A stretch of 62,554 nt of DNA, filler included, from Choristocarpus tenellus KU-1152 (lineage: Eukaryota; Protista; Phaeophyceae), in NCBI GenBank assembly GCA_964200185.2. It is 13 parts of 13 records of this genome, joined end to end, with 100 filler letters (N's around TTAATTAATTAA, not from the genome) between each part and the next. Parts side by side here need not be neighbours in the genome. Positions count along the whole stretch, not along the records: positions 45,529 to 50,774 come from CAXNAD020011365.1; positions 50,875 to 55,407 come from CAXNAD020014116.1; positions 55,508 to 58,923 come from CAXNAD020020184.1; positions 59,024 to 62,554 come from CAXNAD020019422.1; 9 more parts are not named here. One strand, written 5' to 3'. The position numbers and the translations under genes were made by a program. Every line of letters starts with the position of its first letter. The stretch's first letter is position 1. The notes beneath the pieces are model-generated. The model saw nothing but the letters and a program-made list of their open reading frames with translations, was not told the origin of the DNA and did no database searches. Below are positions 49,466-62,554 of this stretch, piece by piece.

Positions 49466-50715
49466 AGGACTAGAGGATACTTTTGTGGTAAACAGGAAAT
49501 TTTAGGAATCATCAGTTTCTGAGGAGAGTAGTTACAGTCTTTCAGGTCTATCAGAGGAACATTTGCATGGAAAGAATGGCTAGGTGTTATACATCCAGTT
49601 GTTCCAAATAACTATTTTCCTGCCTAACGGATAATCTGTCTGTGGGGATCCAAAGTGCATCATTCTTCTTGCCCAAAAGATCTCAACCCCTGCTGTCACT
49701 TTACCCTTGCGATATGCTCCCTTGAGTAATTATCTCCAGTCTCAAGTGGATCGCTGAAGGACAGGTGGTGCTGACATTTGACGGATGGAGGGCTTTGTAC
49801 AGTGACACACAAGCCATTCCATTGGCACACAAGTCATGGTTTTCATACAATTCAATTTCCCCCGCCAACTCAATACCACTAAAAAGTTACCCTCATTCTC
49901 TGAACACTCTGCCCAAATATAGCCCAAATATACCATTGCTAGGGCAGATGAAGACTCGATATCTGTTATCTATTCACAACTTGGAGGAATAAGTGAGACA
50001 ACTATAATGAACTTCCTTAGGGTGAGGACTCTGGGCAGGAAATACTGAGTTGAATAACAAGTTGAGGGAGTCAACAGGTGTATACTCAATTTTGTGCTGA
50101 AGCAAGACGGATGAACATGGAACCAAAACATAGCACTTTTCTTGAACCCTGAATGCATGGCCTTTCATCTTTGGTGCCGTGTTGTCTTGATTGATCTCAC
50201 ATCATCTCAAAGAGTGTGGAAGGCTTGGTAGAAAAGGCTTCAAGGACAGGCGGTAATCCTTCCCGTTCCTCCACAAGGCAGCGGTACCTGACCATATTGG
50301 ACATGCCTCGGCATGTTGTTTGCACGCCATAATAAGACTCGCCAACAGCATCCCACACTGAACAATCTGCAAGCGCATATCCAAGTATTTCTTATTCAGA
50401 AACAGGAAACACTAGCGATGTCTTTGTCTGGATGGTATTAGGCAAGGAATATTGTCGAGAGAGACGTCAGGAAATTCCACACAGGGTCTACAACCCTACA
50501 TAGAGATATACAGGGTGAATATTTATTGTAGTTCAGGAAGGAAATGGCATCATGCAGGGAGGTATTATACATTAAGCAGGGACTCCTTTACATTTCATTA
50601 GGGCAAGGACAACGGCCAGAACATTTATTCAGCATAATCTTGATCGCTCACATGGGCAAGCTACAATGTTTCTTCACAATACAGTTGAAAAAATACATCA
50701 GATGAGATCATAGAG

Positions 50716-50774
50716 GGGTCAAAGTATCTGGGGGGGAGGTGTCGGCGTCCGTTTTTCACCCTTTCTTCGATTTT
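50716..50774. mobile_element. MITE family C end at a scaffold break
   Basis: GGGTCAAAGTATCTGGGGGGG…GGTGTCGGCGTCCGTTTTTC, shared with 58856-58923 and, as reverse complement, the window end. Confidence 0.75.
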
Positions 50775-51781
50775 NNNNNNNNNNNNNNNNNNNNNNNNNN
50801 NNNNNNNNNNNNNNNNNNTTAATTAATTAANNNNNNNNNNNNNNNNNNNNNNNNNNNNNNNNNNNNNNNNNNNNTTTTTTTTTTTTCTCCTCCCTTTTCC
50901 CCCCCCCCCCTCTCCATTCGCCCTACCCCCCCCCCCCCCCCCCCCCCCCCCCTACCTCCCATTCATGTACATCTCTATCAACTCATCGCATACCGCTCAC
51001 TCTTCCATTCGGATGAAAGCAAACCTCCCCCACCTTCTGCATCGAATGTCACACATACAACCCTTCAGCACAAGCAAAGCCACACTAAAGGATTAGTTAA
51101 CTTTGCCCCTGCTCCTGGATTTATCTTACACCGATTTTATCATCAGAATCATGTTCCGCTATGGTACCTGGCAAGCTAAACAGTGAATTCCCACCTTTCC
51201 GTCAGACTGTTTGTTTCACTCATACAAGGATGTGCTTGGCAAACAGAAATGCGATATGATTAGTACACAGTGATAGCAAGATAGTAGGTGATAGTTCGAG
51301 CTATTAGTGAGCCCTATATAGTGTACTGTATTGTCCTACATGTCCACCAATTAAGCTGACCTTCACCAGACATTCACTGCAAGTGGTAATCTTCTTGACT
51401 ACGCACCAAGTATGGCCAACAAACACAGAGAGACAAAGACACTGCACCCTGCGTAGGCAGACCATTGTGACGCAGCAACAGTCCATATGATGTAGAGAGG
51501 GACTCCACACAATGGACGAAGTCCGATTATTGTTTCAAAATTAGAAGCTCATACTTATTTAGCTTGTCTGACCTATGTTTCAACTTCTACTGCTAAAGTA
51601 TTATTCAGCAGACCACGCATTCACACAAGGATACAAACAGTGATATGTTGCTGTGTGCTTCAAAATAGGAGATATCGTCCGAGGAAATTTTGAATCGATA
51701 TGAAGTATGGGCTATAGGAGTCCCTAACTTGTTCAAGTGAGTGCTTGATGTGCTGACCCTTTTCCCTCTATATATGCTCTA

Positions 51782-53143
51782 ATGTTGAGGGTGCAGGTCT
51801 TATCCACAGCTGGAACTGGCATTGGCAACCGTGATAGCTCGAGTGATGACACTAACCCCCCCAGCGAGCAGGAGGCAGTGATAAGGGGCTTCTGGAGAGT
51901 AGGGTACAAGTCCAGCCCCTACAGTTCATACCTCAGCAGTCAGGTGAAAACTTGTTTAGCTCAATTATTCGAAACCAGCCGACGAGGGAGTAGAAAGGAG
52001 GGCAGGTTGGTACTATTGTTGTCTTCTGGAGATGTATTTACCACATATTCAAACCCTTTTTGACCCTCACACCACGTTATCTCTCAACATCTCCATTCCA
52101 AACTTATTGTGGAATAGCCATTGTATACATCACTCCTTGTCCTGCCCAGTAAACTACACATGCTCCATTACAACCCCCACTTCAACCCATCTGTTCCAGG
52201 CAACAGCTGCCGAGGTCAAATCTGCTCTGGAAAGCCTAGGAACATCATTAACCGGTCAAATTGGCGTTGACCGTAACCCAGCAGGCAGTGCTGGGTGGGC
52301 ATGGAGTGTGACTTTTTATGATGGTTTTACTGTCTCCCCTCCATCCCTCCTTCGGGTGGATGGTCATCTTCTGTACTCTACAGATGCTAATGCCAGCATC
52401 ACTGTCGCAATGGTAGAGGATCCAGGTGCATCTTTGTAGGAACCAATGACAGTTGTACCCTCAGCTCCATAGTGTGCGTGTTAAATGTGAATGAACAAAT
52501 GGGCCCTTTGATATCGTAGACACTTTCTACATCAACCTTCCAACAGTGAGGCTCTGAGACCATCTGGACGTGACCGACGCACACAAGCTAATCTCTAGAG
52601 ACCTTGGGTTTGCAATCACTTGTTCTGGTTGCTGTACGAAATCAACAGGCAATTGTTTGTCCACATTCTCGTGGCCTTTGTTGACGTTTTGTATACTTGA
52701 AAATGACACTTTAAAACTAGGAGTAGAAGCCGAAATACACAATACTATGTGGTGGGCTTGTCCTCATTGAGTCGCTATTGTCCCCCATGACCCTGCAGCC
52801 ATTGCCCATGCACGCATAAACACAGCAGTATAATCCATCCACTATATCCCCCTACCAAATCCTATGTGTGGCAGGCAATGGACCAATTGATGCACCCCTA
52901 GTATACAACTCTACAGAGGTGGATGCTATGGTGGAGGGAGGGCAGTCATTGGGTGCTGAATATGTAGGGGAGTGGCTGTCCCCATCACTAATGCGGATCA
53001 TGGTTACTGACAACCAGACAGCAGTAGCCCCAGCGACTGGGCAACTGCGTCTCACTCCACGAGGTTCACTTGCAAATATATCTGGGAATTGGTACCCTGT
53101 ATCTGACATACAGTCTCCTATGTTGACGGGGACTTGGGGCTAA
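51782..53143 (+). CDS. 3' exons of a large stramenopile-type repeat protein (VQ…ATAAEVKSALESL…WSVTF module)
   Basis: Exons ~51790-51943, 52200-52425 and ~52875-53143; the module xVQ…ATAAEVKxALExL…VxR…WxVTF is typical of giant FN3/titin-like algal and oomycete proteins. Confidence 0.6.
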
Positions 53144-55349
53144 GGTTTCATCCAACCTTTTTCACTGCAAGACATCAAACAGTGTAATATATCCAAACCT
53201 ACCACATTCCAGGCCTATCCTGTCAGGTGTACACTTTGCATTATGCACTTGGAAGTGCTCTGGAATACTTGGAATATAAAATATTAGAATGTTTGTGTTC
53301 CAAACATTTGTTGTTGAGAGGTGATTTTGGGCCAAACGAGCGCTTGATACATGACATTTATTTCCATGTAGAAATTAGGCCTAGATGTATCTATGACTCC
53401 CTTCAATGATAAGAGGTTGATCCAGCTCCGGCAGTGTAACAACAACTTTGTGCCTAGCTGCATGCACAAATAGGTTGCATTGAGTGTCTGAATGAATTAC
53501 TTGCTGTTTTTTAGGAGTATAGCTTAGGACCATTCGCATAGGGGCCGAAATTTGCAGGATGTTTAAGGTTAGGACAGGTCATTATGACAAACAAGCGTGC
53601 CAAAAATTTTGTAACTACTTTTCATGTCAATCACCCCACCAAAAAAGATGCATTTACCGTGGCAGCAGTCCTTCATAATGTGCACCCCAAGAAAAACCAA
53701 AAATCAGCAGATGAAGTAAGCATTGTTAATCGAAGTGATAACGAAGTGTCCCAAGAGGGGGTTGTTGTAGATAAGTAGTCTTGTATCTGTAACAGCTTTT
53801 GGTTTGCATCTTTACATCGCCATATCTTCCAATCAAATGAAAAATATCCATCCATCCACAGGGTCTTTTCCTCTGGATTCAGAGACTACCGATGAGGGTT
53901 ACCTGAGCTTTGATAATACAAATGGAGTGTCAGGCACATTTTTACGAGCCCCTTAACATCAAATTATGATCAAAATCTTCCCCCTCTACGATATTTTGGC
54001 TCTAAAGTGTTTCTCCTAAGAAAAGTTTGAATAGGGAAGTGGGTCTGCTTCTGAAGGACAAGATGAAAATACCGTGGATATGGTTGACTATTAATATGTC
54101 ATTTGTCTAACTTGTCTGGGAAAAGGCTCTCTGGGAACTCCTCCATCGATTCAATTTGCAATCCTACTACAAGGGGCTTAGATGTTGCTTGCGGCAGACC
54201 TACGAAATACGGTCACGGTAAGAGGATATTCTTGAGCTCCCGTGTCTCCACAGTAGTCAGCGCTTTTGCGCTTCCTGTAGTGCCTGGGGACCTTTCAATT
54301 GCTTTCTTAACGATCTTTCCCTGCAAAAAACGTAAGCAAGTAAAACCAAAGCTGAGAGATTGTTACTGTGTACAAGACTCGTATACAATATGAGAACAGC
54401 AGATGAAGTCAAGTTCTCCCAGGAGTCATTGCTTCTTATCCAATTCTTGTCCCCTGGAGCTTTGGAGTTCTGCCTATAAAATACTACAGTAGCATAAATT
54501 ATTAATGCAAATGGGTAATACATATTATGACCAAATGTCAAGAGGTTCTAGCATGAAAAAAGTGTCGTCTATTGCTTTGGCAACTCTACTCTTGCCCTTA
54601 TTGCCACCAGGTTCACCTGCTTAAAGGTTGATTCCTTCCCAATCGTGAATCCTCGACTGGCAGCAAGTGTGACCCTGGCCATCATCTTGAGCATGCATTG
54701 GTTGCCTTGCTGGACAGCAAGCATCTACGTTATAGTTGGTAGACAAGGATGGATGGTTATGTGTTCAAGAGGAGGGGGACTCTAGGTTGTAGCCTGTGGC
54801 TGATTATCACACATCAACAAAGCAATGTAGTTAGGTAGATCAAAGTAAACTACGTCGGGCTCACCCTTTTAGCTGTATGTCTGTTGCAGCAAGACTTGAA
54901 TGTTTTGTCACAGGTGGTGTGATATGAATATCAGTTGATGATATGATTGTGGTATAACCTAGGATGGACCTGTCTGTCTCCACTAGTCACCTGTTTTCCT
55001 TGGAAGGTCATCATCTTATTCATCATTGCTCTTGCTGAATCCACGGAGGCTTGCAGCTCTTTCTGCCCACAACCAAATTATTAATTTGTAGTAGAAAGTT
55101 ACTGGAAAGTGTTGCTATCATCGTGCACGAGTACAGACTATTTCCATTGTAATTGTAGGGCAGGATTGTCCCATTGCCAATTATCTGTGATAATATGGCT
55201 TACGGCTAGCTACCTCCTTGATGGAATGGACTTGTACGTTCAATTATATCACTTAGGAATATTGGTCAGTACTTCGGAAGACTTAGGAAATGTATCGGTG
55301 CAGTCTTGTGACGATCCTTCCTAACTTTGAGGCCCCACTACAAAACAAA

Positions 55350-55407
55350 GAGCCAAAGTATCTTAGAGGGTAGAGCCGCATCCATTTGGGGGTCAAAATC
55401 CAATGTT
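55350..55407 (+). mobile_element. MITE family A, left end at a scaffold break
   Basis: GAGCCAAAGTATCTTAGAGGGTAGAGCCGCATCCATTTG, nearly identical to the start at 15634. Confidence 0.85.
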
Positions 55408-57219
55408 NNNNNNNNNNNNNNNNNNNNNNNNNNNNNNNNNNNNNNNNNNNNTTAATTAATTAANNNNNNNNNNNNNNNNNNNNNNNNNNNNNNNNNNNNN
55501 NNNNNNNATTTTGCAGATGTGTCAGGGGGGAAATCACCTATCGAAAGTGTAACCCCCTTTCTTTCAGATCCACGTGAATATTTTTGGTAATATTGTGGAA
55601 AGCATGTCTGTCCATAATTATACCGCTATTGTTGTAGTTATATTCCATATACCGTCTACTTATCCTGTGCCCCCAATCAACCAGAATTCTCCCGCCCACA
55701 AAATTCAGTTTACTTCATAAACTCTCACATGTGACGGACAGGTCCCATCGGGAGCTGATCTTAGTCCAAATACACATCATCCGCGCACACACACAAATGT
55801 ACTGCGCGCACATTTCATTGTCATTGGTGACGTTCTCAACAACATCAAACACAGAAAAGTTGAGGACCCTCAAACAACGTTCGGTTGAACATTCACAAAG
55901 ATGTTATATCATCCACNNNNNNNNNNTAACTGAGAGAACTCGGGAAAGCACCCCACCATGACACACTGGTGATTCTAAACACCCCCCACGACTGATGGAC
56001 CCTGCCTAACACAATAGCTTTCATTTGTTTTTCCTTTGGCACATCTGGAAAATGACCGAGGGCATAGAATAAATACGGTTGGTTTATTGGACTGGTCGGT
56101 ATGGGTGAGCTCAAATGACGTGGTTGGCGCTCGCAATTGTATATACTGCGCGTCTCATGCACAAGTGTGTCTGTCAGAGATCCCAAAAAAGGAACCTGTC
56201 CCTGACAATTATTCATATAATAAGTAATTGAAAGCATTTAAGATCACACATCGTTCATATCTTAGCGGGATATTTGTATTAAGTGGACATATCTGTAAAA
56301 TGTCCCAGGGCATCATAATAATAAAATATAGAGAATTTAATTTTGGGTAAGGCAGTACTGTACAAATCTTTGAGACTTTTTGTTCTTGATAGAGTTTCCA
56401 TAGAACGTTGTTTGTAAGTGTTCTTTTTTGTCTTTTCAACTATATTTTCAGATATAGCAAGAGGGAATTGTATGAGGCTGCCATCTGATCTCTCTTCTTC
56501 CATACTCACACCACTAGCAATCTACATCTGTACAATGGAGTGTTATTTCGTGGTTCTGCCTGGAAAAAACGTGTTGACTTCAATCCGTTTCTTCCCCCGA
56601 TTTCTCCTATATATCCCATCCCTTCATCTCCTCCAAAATGCCCAGACATGGAAAAAGAAAATGACAATTTGTTGGAAGGACCAGTTCAGGAATGTTGGAG
56701 TGTGATTATACTGATTTTAAGTACTATTCTCTCCTACATAACATCGTACTATTCATCACTACTATAGATGAGGAGGGCATGACCAGGGCCATACTTCGAC
56801 AAACACAAGGCTGAACACCCACCAGAATACTCCATCCAGAAGGATAAAGGGTGAGGTCGATCCTACGTCGTAGACACGACGAATGAACAAGAGGAATCTC
56901 CTTGGTCAGCTAGTCTTGCCTGGTGCACTCTGTGTAGTTGCGGACACTACTGTGGTGTACCCATCTACATTTTCGTGTTGAACTATCATTCACATTTCAA
57001 CATCTTCTTGAGGAGGCATACTATCTGATTACCGACTTACTGAGAGTAAACAGATACAGCAACAGGATTGGCGCACCATGTGGTGAGTAGCGTTAACGTC
57101 GGCATTTATTGACACTACTAGTCGATGTGGCTTGGACAGTGAAGTAGCGGGACACCTTGCTGTATAGTAATAGTTAGTACATGCAGCACAGCCTCTATCC
57201 AATGCCCGTAATTTTCTAA

Positions 57220-58820
57220 TCAATACGGTATCAGACAGATACAGTCATGATAAGAGATTCAATGCAGAAGCTCCTATCTTCCCCCTTGTTGAAACTTTAG
57301 TAATATCTATGCTACAGAGAAGATAACCAGTTGACTATTCCTTCTATTGGAATTTTAGCAAATCCTTCAGCTAGCTAGGAGAAAGTAGTCAATAGGCCAT
57401 CTTCTTGGTAGCTCAAGGATTGATTTAAGTTTCAATACCCCTCAACTCAGAAGACACCTGACATACTTGACTGCAAGTGTAGGGTCTCACTATTCTTTCC
57501 AGTCAAGGAAATGATGGTAGTCCGAAATACTTGTGTGCAAACTGGTCACGTGGACATGACTGTTGATGGACGTCAGATCGTTAGAAAGTGCATACGCAGA
57601 TTCGGTTCAAACTGGATACTACTGACTCAGTAGAATCACAAGGTTGAGACAGCAGGTTTCCTACTTGTCTTCTCTCCTTACGAGCCCGTTCAGATATATG
57701 GTATTATTCGAGATAACACATAGTTACAGAGTCACTCTCATCAGTTTTTATCACGTCTTTGGTCAAGGAACAAGACTTTTCATGAAGTATTATGGGCATC
57801 ACCAGCATCATCAGACTGTGATAATAAGCCACACCATCCATCGAGAGATCACAGGGTCGCAACCTGGCAGGTTTATCACTAACGTTATGTCTACGTACGT
57901 TTTGCTCTCACAAAAGGCTGCCTCAACAAGTTGTGAGGGAGCACAAGCGACGCGCTACCGCTGTGTGGTTGATCCTTCTCCTTGGTTGGCTTAGCTTTGC
58001 GTTGTGGACAATAGTTAAGGCAGCTAAGGAGCGTGAAAATCCTCCTTCCAAGACTACGGTGGTGGTGAGTTAACCTTGTAAGTCCCTTTTTGCTCAACGG
58101 GAAAGGTTTTGCTCTGTTGCAATCGGTAGTGTGTGTCTCCGTATCTGTGACAGCAACACTGTTTCCATTCTGGTAATTACAATAACACCCGTCCACTTCT
58201 GTCACAACCCACACCCCCATCGCACAGAGAGAGGCCTTCAACTATCCAGATGTCATGTTCTGCTTTATTGACAGGATGGGGTGTTACAGTGAAGCTACTT
58301 GTGCAGATACAGCAAACGTGCTCGTCTACTATGAATTATACGATTACTGGGCAAGTGTTGTGTGGTAGAGAGTTAGCTTGAGACATTTCCCATTGTCATG
58401 ACGTGTTGTATGTAACGAGAAATGACTGGTGTGTTTCAGAGATGTTTTCCATCTTTGCTCTCAAGTTGTTGCATGGCAGTAGCTTCAACTTACAGTTGTG
58501 AAACAAGCTTGTAGATATTTTGATGTTGGTAGGATGGACCAGAGGGAGAGAGTGGGCAGAACAGGTACGCTGGTCAAGCTTGCTGGAAAATTGCTTCCTG
58601 TATATCCTTTGTCAATTATGCATTAGCGTTGTGACTCAATCGAGTAATCGTATGGTGTGGCCTTTGAAGTGTTGTAACTTCTCCAAAATACTACTCTGGT
58701 GTGTATCGCATGTCAAGAAATACTGTGACTTCGAAGTCAGGATGCGCACGATTGCCGACAGTGTTGAACATCTTCCCAAGTGCACTATGGACCCGCATGT
58801 TCTCAACGAACATGGTATCA
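57220..58820 (+). mobile_element. Possible degenerate copia-like LTR retrotransposon relic
   Basis: PBS-like CGGTATCAGA at ~57226 and AACA-TGGTATCA at ~58809; CVQTGH (knuckle-like) and ADSVQTG (protease DSG-like); many stops. Confidence 0.3.
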
Positions 58821-58855
58821 ACTTTCATAGCTGAATAAAAACATGCTTAACAGAG

Positions 58856-58923
58856 GGGTCAAAGTATCTGGGGGGGGGTGTCGGCGTCCGTTTTTCAACC
58901 TTTTTTCGATTTCCACTTTTTTG
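58856..58923. mobile_element. MITE family C end at a scaffold break
   Basis: Nearly identical to 50716-50774. Confidence 0.75.
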
Positions 58924-59075
58924 NNNNNNNNNNNNNNNNNNNNNNNNNNNNNNNNNNNNNNNNNNNNTTAATTAATTAANNNNNNNNNNNNNNNNNNNNN
59001 NNNNNNNNNNNNNNNNNNNNNNNCACCTGAAAGACTACATATATCTGGTACTGCTGTGCCAATTCACCTCTCAAG

Positions 59076-60364
59076 ATGGGCAACTTAACACGTTGGTACT
59101 TGTATTCATACTCACAATCCCATTCAAACTCGTTTCCCCAGCAGCCTCACATACCATCCTGCCATGTTCTAGTGGCACCTCTCCTCCTGGTAATCCCTTG
59201 TTGGATCACCACATTTCGCCTTCATTGCACTACCTTCTCAGGCAAATTGGCAAATTGCCAACATCGTTTCCTGTTGCACTTGCCTTGTTGTCACCTACGA
59301 ACAGTCCACACAGATGGCAGCGATCAACACCGAAAAAAACAAAAAAACACCGCACTCCCCCATGGCCATTGTCCCATAACTAGTGCACACAGAATATTGA
59401 AACGTTGGGATTTGTTACTAGAGGATGCTGTCAAAGAAATGTTCAGGAGCTATGAGCAAACTGTATTTCATGAACGCACCTACGGACAAAACACTAAACA
59501 CACACATGTATTTACAGACAATGACAGTACCATGAGTGCAGTCTCCAGCGATGAATTGGTAATGGCAATGAAGCGGCGGAGAAACTCACCCTGGAAACAC
59601 AGAATCACAGAAATCCTTCCTCCTCTTCATTGTCCTTTATTCTGCGTCATGCTCTTGGCAGAGCTGCACAGGTTCTCAAGGCACCGTGTGAAGGGTGTGA
59701 ATATTTTTCAGAAAATAAAAAATTGCCACTCTGCCAAATACTCCATACGGGTGCTAGACCAATGAAGAATGATATGTACAAGCGATACATATGGGCATGA
59801 GAGTAGGACATACCCAGTACATGCCAAAGGTTATAGTTGCTATGGCTAGATGCAATGCAGTGGATAATTTGTAACTATCACCAGGCACCCTGGGGCCCCG
59901 TTACCTTTTACTTATCCAACAATTTCTTGCTCAGTGCTATTGAGGGGACGGTTGACTCAGTTGCTTTTGTTACTATGCTATCTGGTCGGGCCCTGACCTA
60001 TGATACCTTCAATAGTTTTAGAAATCTCCCTTATCCACTGTGGAGGTCCAAGTTAGCAACAGACATCACTGTTGCACAATCAAATCGAGCTAGGTTATCT
60101 CCTTCAGTACGGGCAGTCGCAGACCCTTCCCTGCCCCTTCCGTCCTCTTGCTGTTGGAGAATTGTGGCTCATACCTTGTGGATCTCCTCGTCGCTTCCCC
60201 CCAGCACAGTCTCTTCAGGTTTAAATCGCCACACAAACCCCATCCGTTCCTCTCTACCTAGTGTTGCTGGGCCACTGGGGCTGCCAAGACTCTCGATGGA
60301 TAGTCCCTCCTTTACACCCCAGAACAGCAACTCCCTCATACCCTGGCACAGGTCTCTACTTTAG
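59076..60364 (+). pseudogene. Possible decayed LINE ORF2 relic
   Basis: VSSDELVMAMKRRRNSPWKHRITEIL resembles the pre-RT motif ITxxExxxAxKxxKxKSPGxDGIxxE; no clear YADD seen. Confidence 0.25.
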
Positions 60365-62397
60365 AGTACCTCATCCTTGTCGTTAAGACCTCTACACTTG
60401 TCCAAGAGCGGGATTATCGGGGACCAAATAGCGGCATTGATCTAACGACCTAACCGTCCACTAGTCCATTGTGGCGCGATCAGATATATCAGACAGACTG
60501 AAGCCGAGCATCCTTACTCTGCTACAGTGATGTCCCTCCAGTTCTCCATCCCCACGTCGTGGAAGGCGCGCAGTTACACAGTATGGTCTCGTGGGCGGGC
60601 GAGGAGGCCGTCGTTTGTCAGGATCATGCCGTCAGTAGATCAATAGACAGCCGCGTATGCCAACTAAAGACGACATTCTGGAAGAATCTTTGTCTGATTA
60701 GGTGCAATCCTATAGACAAGCTTGCTGTAAAGAAATGATAGTGAAGCGAGGTCGAAGGATATTGTTGCGAGTGATACGTAGAACAATCCTGTAGCATCAT
60801 CGCAACAACTTCGTCTCAGGACACAGATAGGCACACGATAACATAAATGGAGAGCAGACCATACTCCCATCTCGGCCCTTGTCGTTGCATTGATAAGAGC
60901 GTGGACATGATCGCTCTCGTAACCCAGGGGCTTCGACGTGTTGAAATGTCCGTCCACGAGGTGAATCCCTTACCCCCATGCTCCCACATACACCTCCTAT
61001 GACGCCCAGCAGTTGCCTGTCCATTTCAACTCCCAAAAACAAGATAGGAAATGTAATTTTCGTTAAGACGAAAGTCCACAAATTTCACCTCTTCTGGAAA
61101 TGATCTCACCATTTTGAAGGAATAGCCCAATAGCAATGATGAGTGCCAACACAGTAGGGGCATAAAGTAACAGATTGTAAAGGGACGTGATCAGCGACGG
61201 TACTTAGTCCAAATCGAACCAATCCTCCCCAGTGGTGTTCGCTTACCAGGGATGTTCGCTTACTAGTTTGTACGAGTAGGTGGGAACAGATGATTCTAGG
61301 ATATGGGTATAAGATCGCGCGACTCGCGGTCATGCTAGTTTCGCGCGAAAAGAGGGTTTCTTAGTAAGTATCATTATTTATAATATCCTCCGTTGTGATT
61401 TTTAAACATCACACCTATTTCCTATCTTGAATAATGTCTTCTCAACAGTACCAAAACCAAACTCCCACCACCACCAAAACGCTGGAAACAAGAATTAGGA
61501 CAATAAGAACACAAGAACCGCCACACAATAAGAAGGGGCAACAACTTGATGAACGCATCCATCTTTTCCATATCATTATCACTTGCCATGTATACCTCCC
61601 TCGTCATCGGAATATCAACACATTGTTCAAGAAAGGAAAAACAACCTGGTTACTACTATTTCAAACTACTATACTCCACACTGCAACAATGAAATAAAAA
61701 GTAACGCCCTAAACCTACCTTCAACCTTCTACACAATATTATATTATCTTCACTACTATTATTTTATCAATAATCACCCAAATTTATGTCACTATATATT
61801 TCAAGTACAGTTACCTTGAACTGGGGTCCTTGACACCGTTATTGCAGGAGGATGTCCAAATCCACTCAAAAACAAAACTGTTGCAGAACAACGACCCTGC
61901 CACCAATATTACGCATAACACAAGATGCAATAGTCGCATCACTCTATTGCTTGTACTGCTACTGCATGCAAACGAAAAAATATTAAGCCCAAAACTAGAC
62001 ATTTCATCGTGCAGTAACATCAGTACTGACATTATATTCCAGTTAGAGTTAGCCAGCTTTCACACACAACGATGTTTTTTGGAGGATTCAAGAGAGCCGG
62101 CAGACAACACTTTATTGAAAACAACGAACATCTCGAGAGACCAATAAAAATGTTGTTCTACTATCACATGGGCCTGATTGCTGGAGAATTTATAAAGAAA
62201 AAAGTAGAGGGTGTGAGATCGTTTCTGGTGATGGATAGAGTTATCCATTCACAGCATTGTTTCGAACTCTACCAGCATCAACTATTAGAAAGATGAAAAA
62301 CGAGATGAAGTCTAAGCAATAAAAGTATACCTTTGATATATTTTGGTTAGAAATACCATTTTGAAGTGGTCAGCAGCACCGTCTGCTGAATGTTCGT

Positions 62398-62554
62398 GCG
62401 GCAAAGTATCTTTGGGGGGGTGTGGTTTGTGAGGGGGCGTCCGTTTCGATCAAACAACTCTTTTTTTTGCTGACATTTCAAATCCAACATGTGCGACAAA
62501 ATCACACCAAAAAAGTGATAATAGAAAATAGGGCGAAAAACAGACGCCGACACC
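62398..62554. mobile_element. MITE family C, nearly complete
   Basis: Starts GCGGCAAAGTATCTTTGGGGGGG; ends AAAAACAGACGCCGACACC, the near reverse complement (one mismatch) of the subterminal GGTGTCGGCGTCCGTTTTT at 50738. Confidence 0.7.

Noticed and set aside
7558-59023. Twelve recurring TTAATTAATTAA palindromes that look like a repeat array
   Set aside because: Each is centred in a fixed 100-bp N spacer, so they are assembly concatenation linkers.
61220-61270. Gypsy RNase H-like 'IPGK' motif
   Set aside because: It arises from a short GTAAGCGAACA duplication, and no surrounding RT or integrase motifs were found.

Overview
This is eukaryotic, intron-rich DNA, most likely a brown alga or related stramenopile, judged from the gene families and GT-AG introns. 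It is not one locus: 13 short scaffolds are joined by 12 artificial N-TTAATTAATTAA-N linkers, so genes on different scaffolds are not real neighbours. Recognisable spliced genes or fragments are an RCC1-repeat protein, a TKL kinase 3' end, a GT4 glycosyltransferase, LRR exons, a Spo12-motif ORF head-to-head with a 'PDVF'-tailed coiled-coil gene, an MBD4-like glycosylase, an 'IGGFW' membrane protein and an 'ATAAEVKSALESL' repeat protein. There is also one intronless ankyrin gene. Mobile DNA includes many MITEs sharing an AAAGTATCT terminal core, a decayed DD39D mariner and weaker Harbinger, copia and LINE relics. The best candidate for a new system is a complete 11-exon gene of about 564 aa (38255-43563). 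It encodes a macro-like domain fused to a SIR2_2 (defence-type sirtuin/NADase) domain with catalytic motifs intact, an architecture resembling bacterial macro-SIR2 proteins. Second, a bacterial IS66/IS701 mosaic and a telomere-repeat tract lie inside one intron of a host gene (33993-34992). All family calls come from manual motif recognition; no searches were run.
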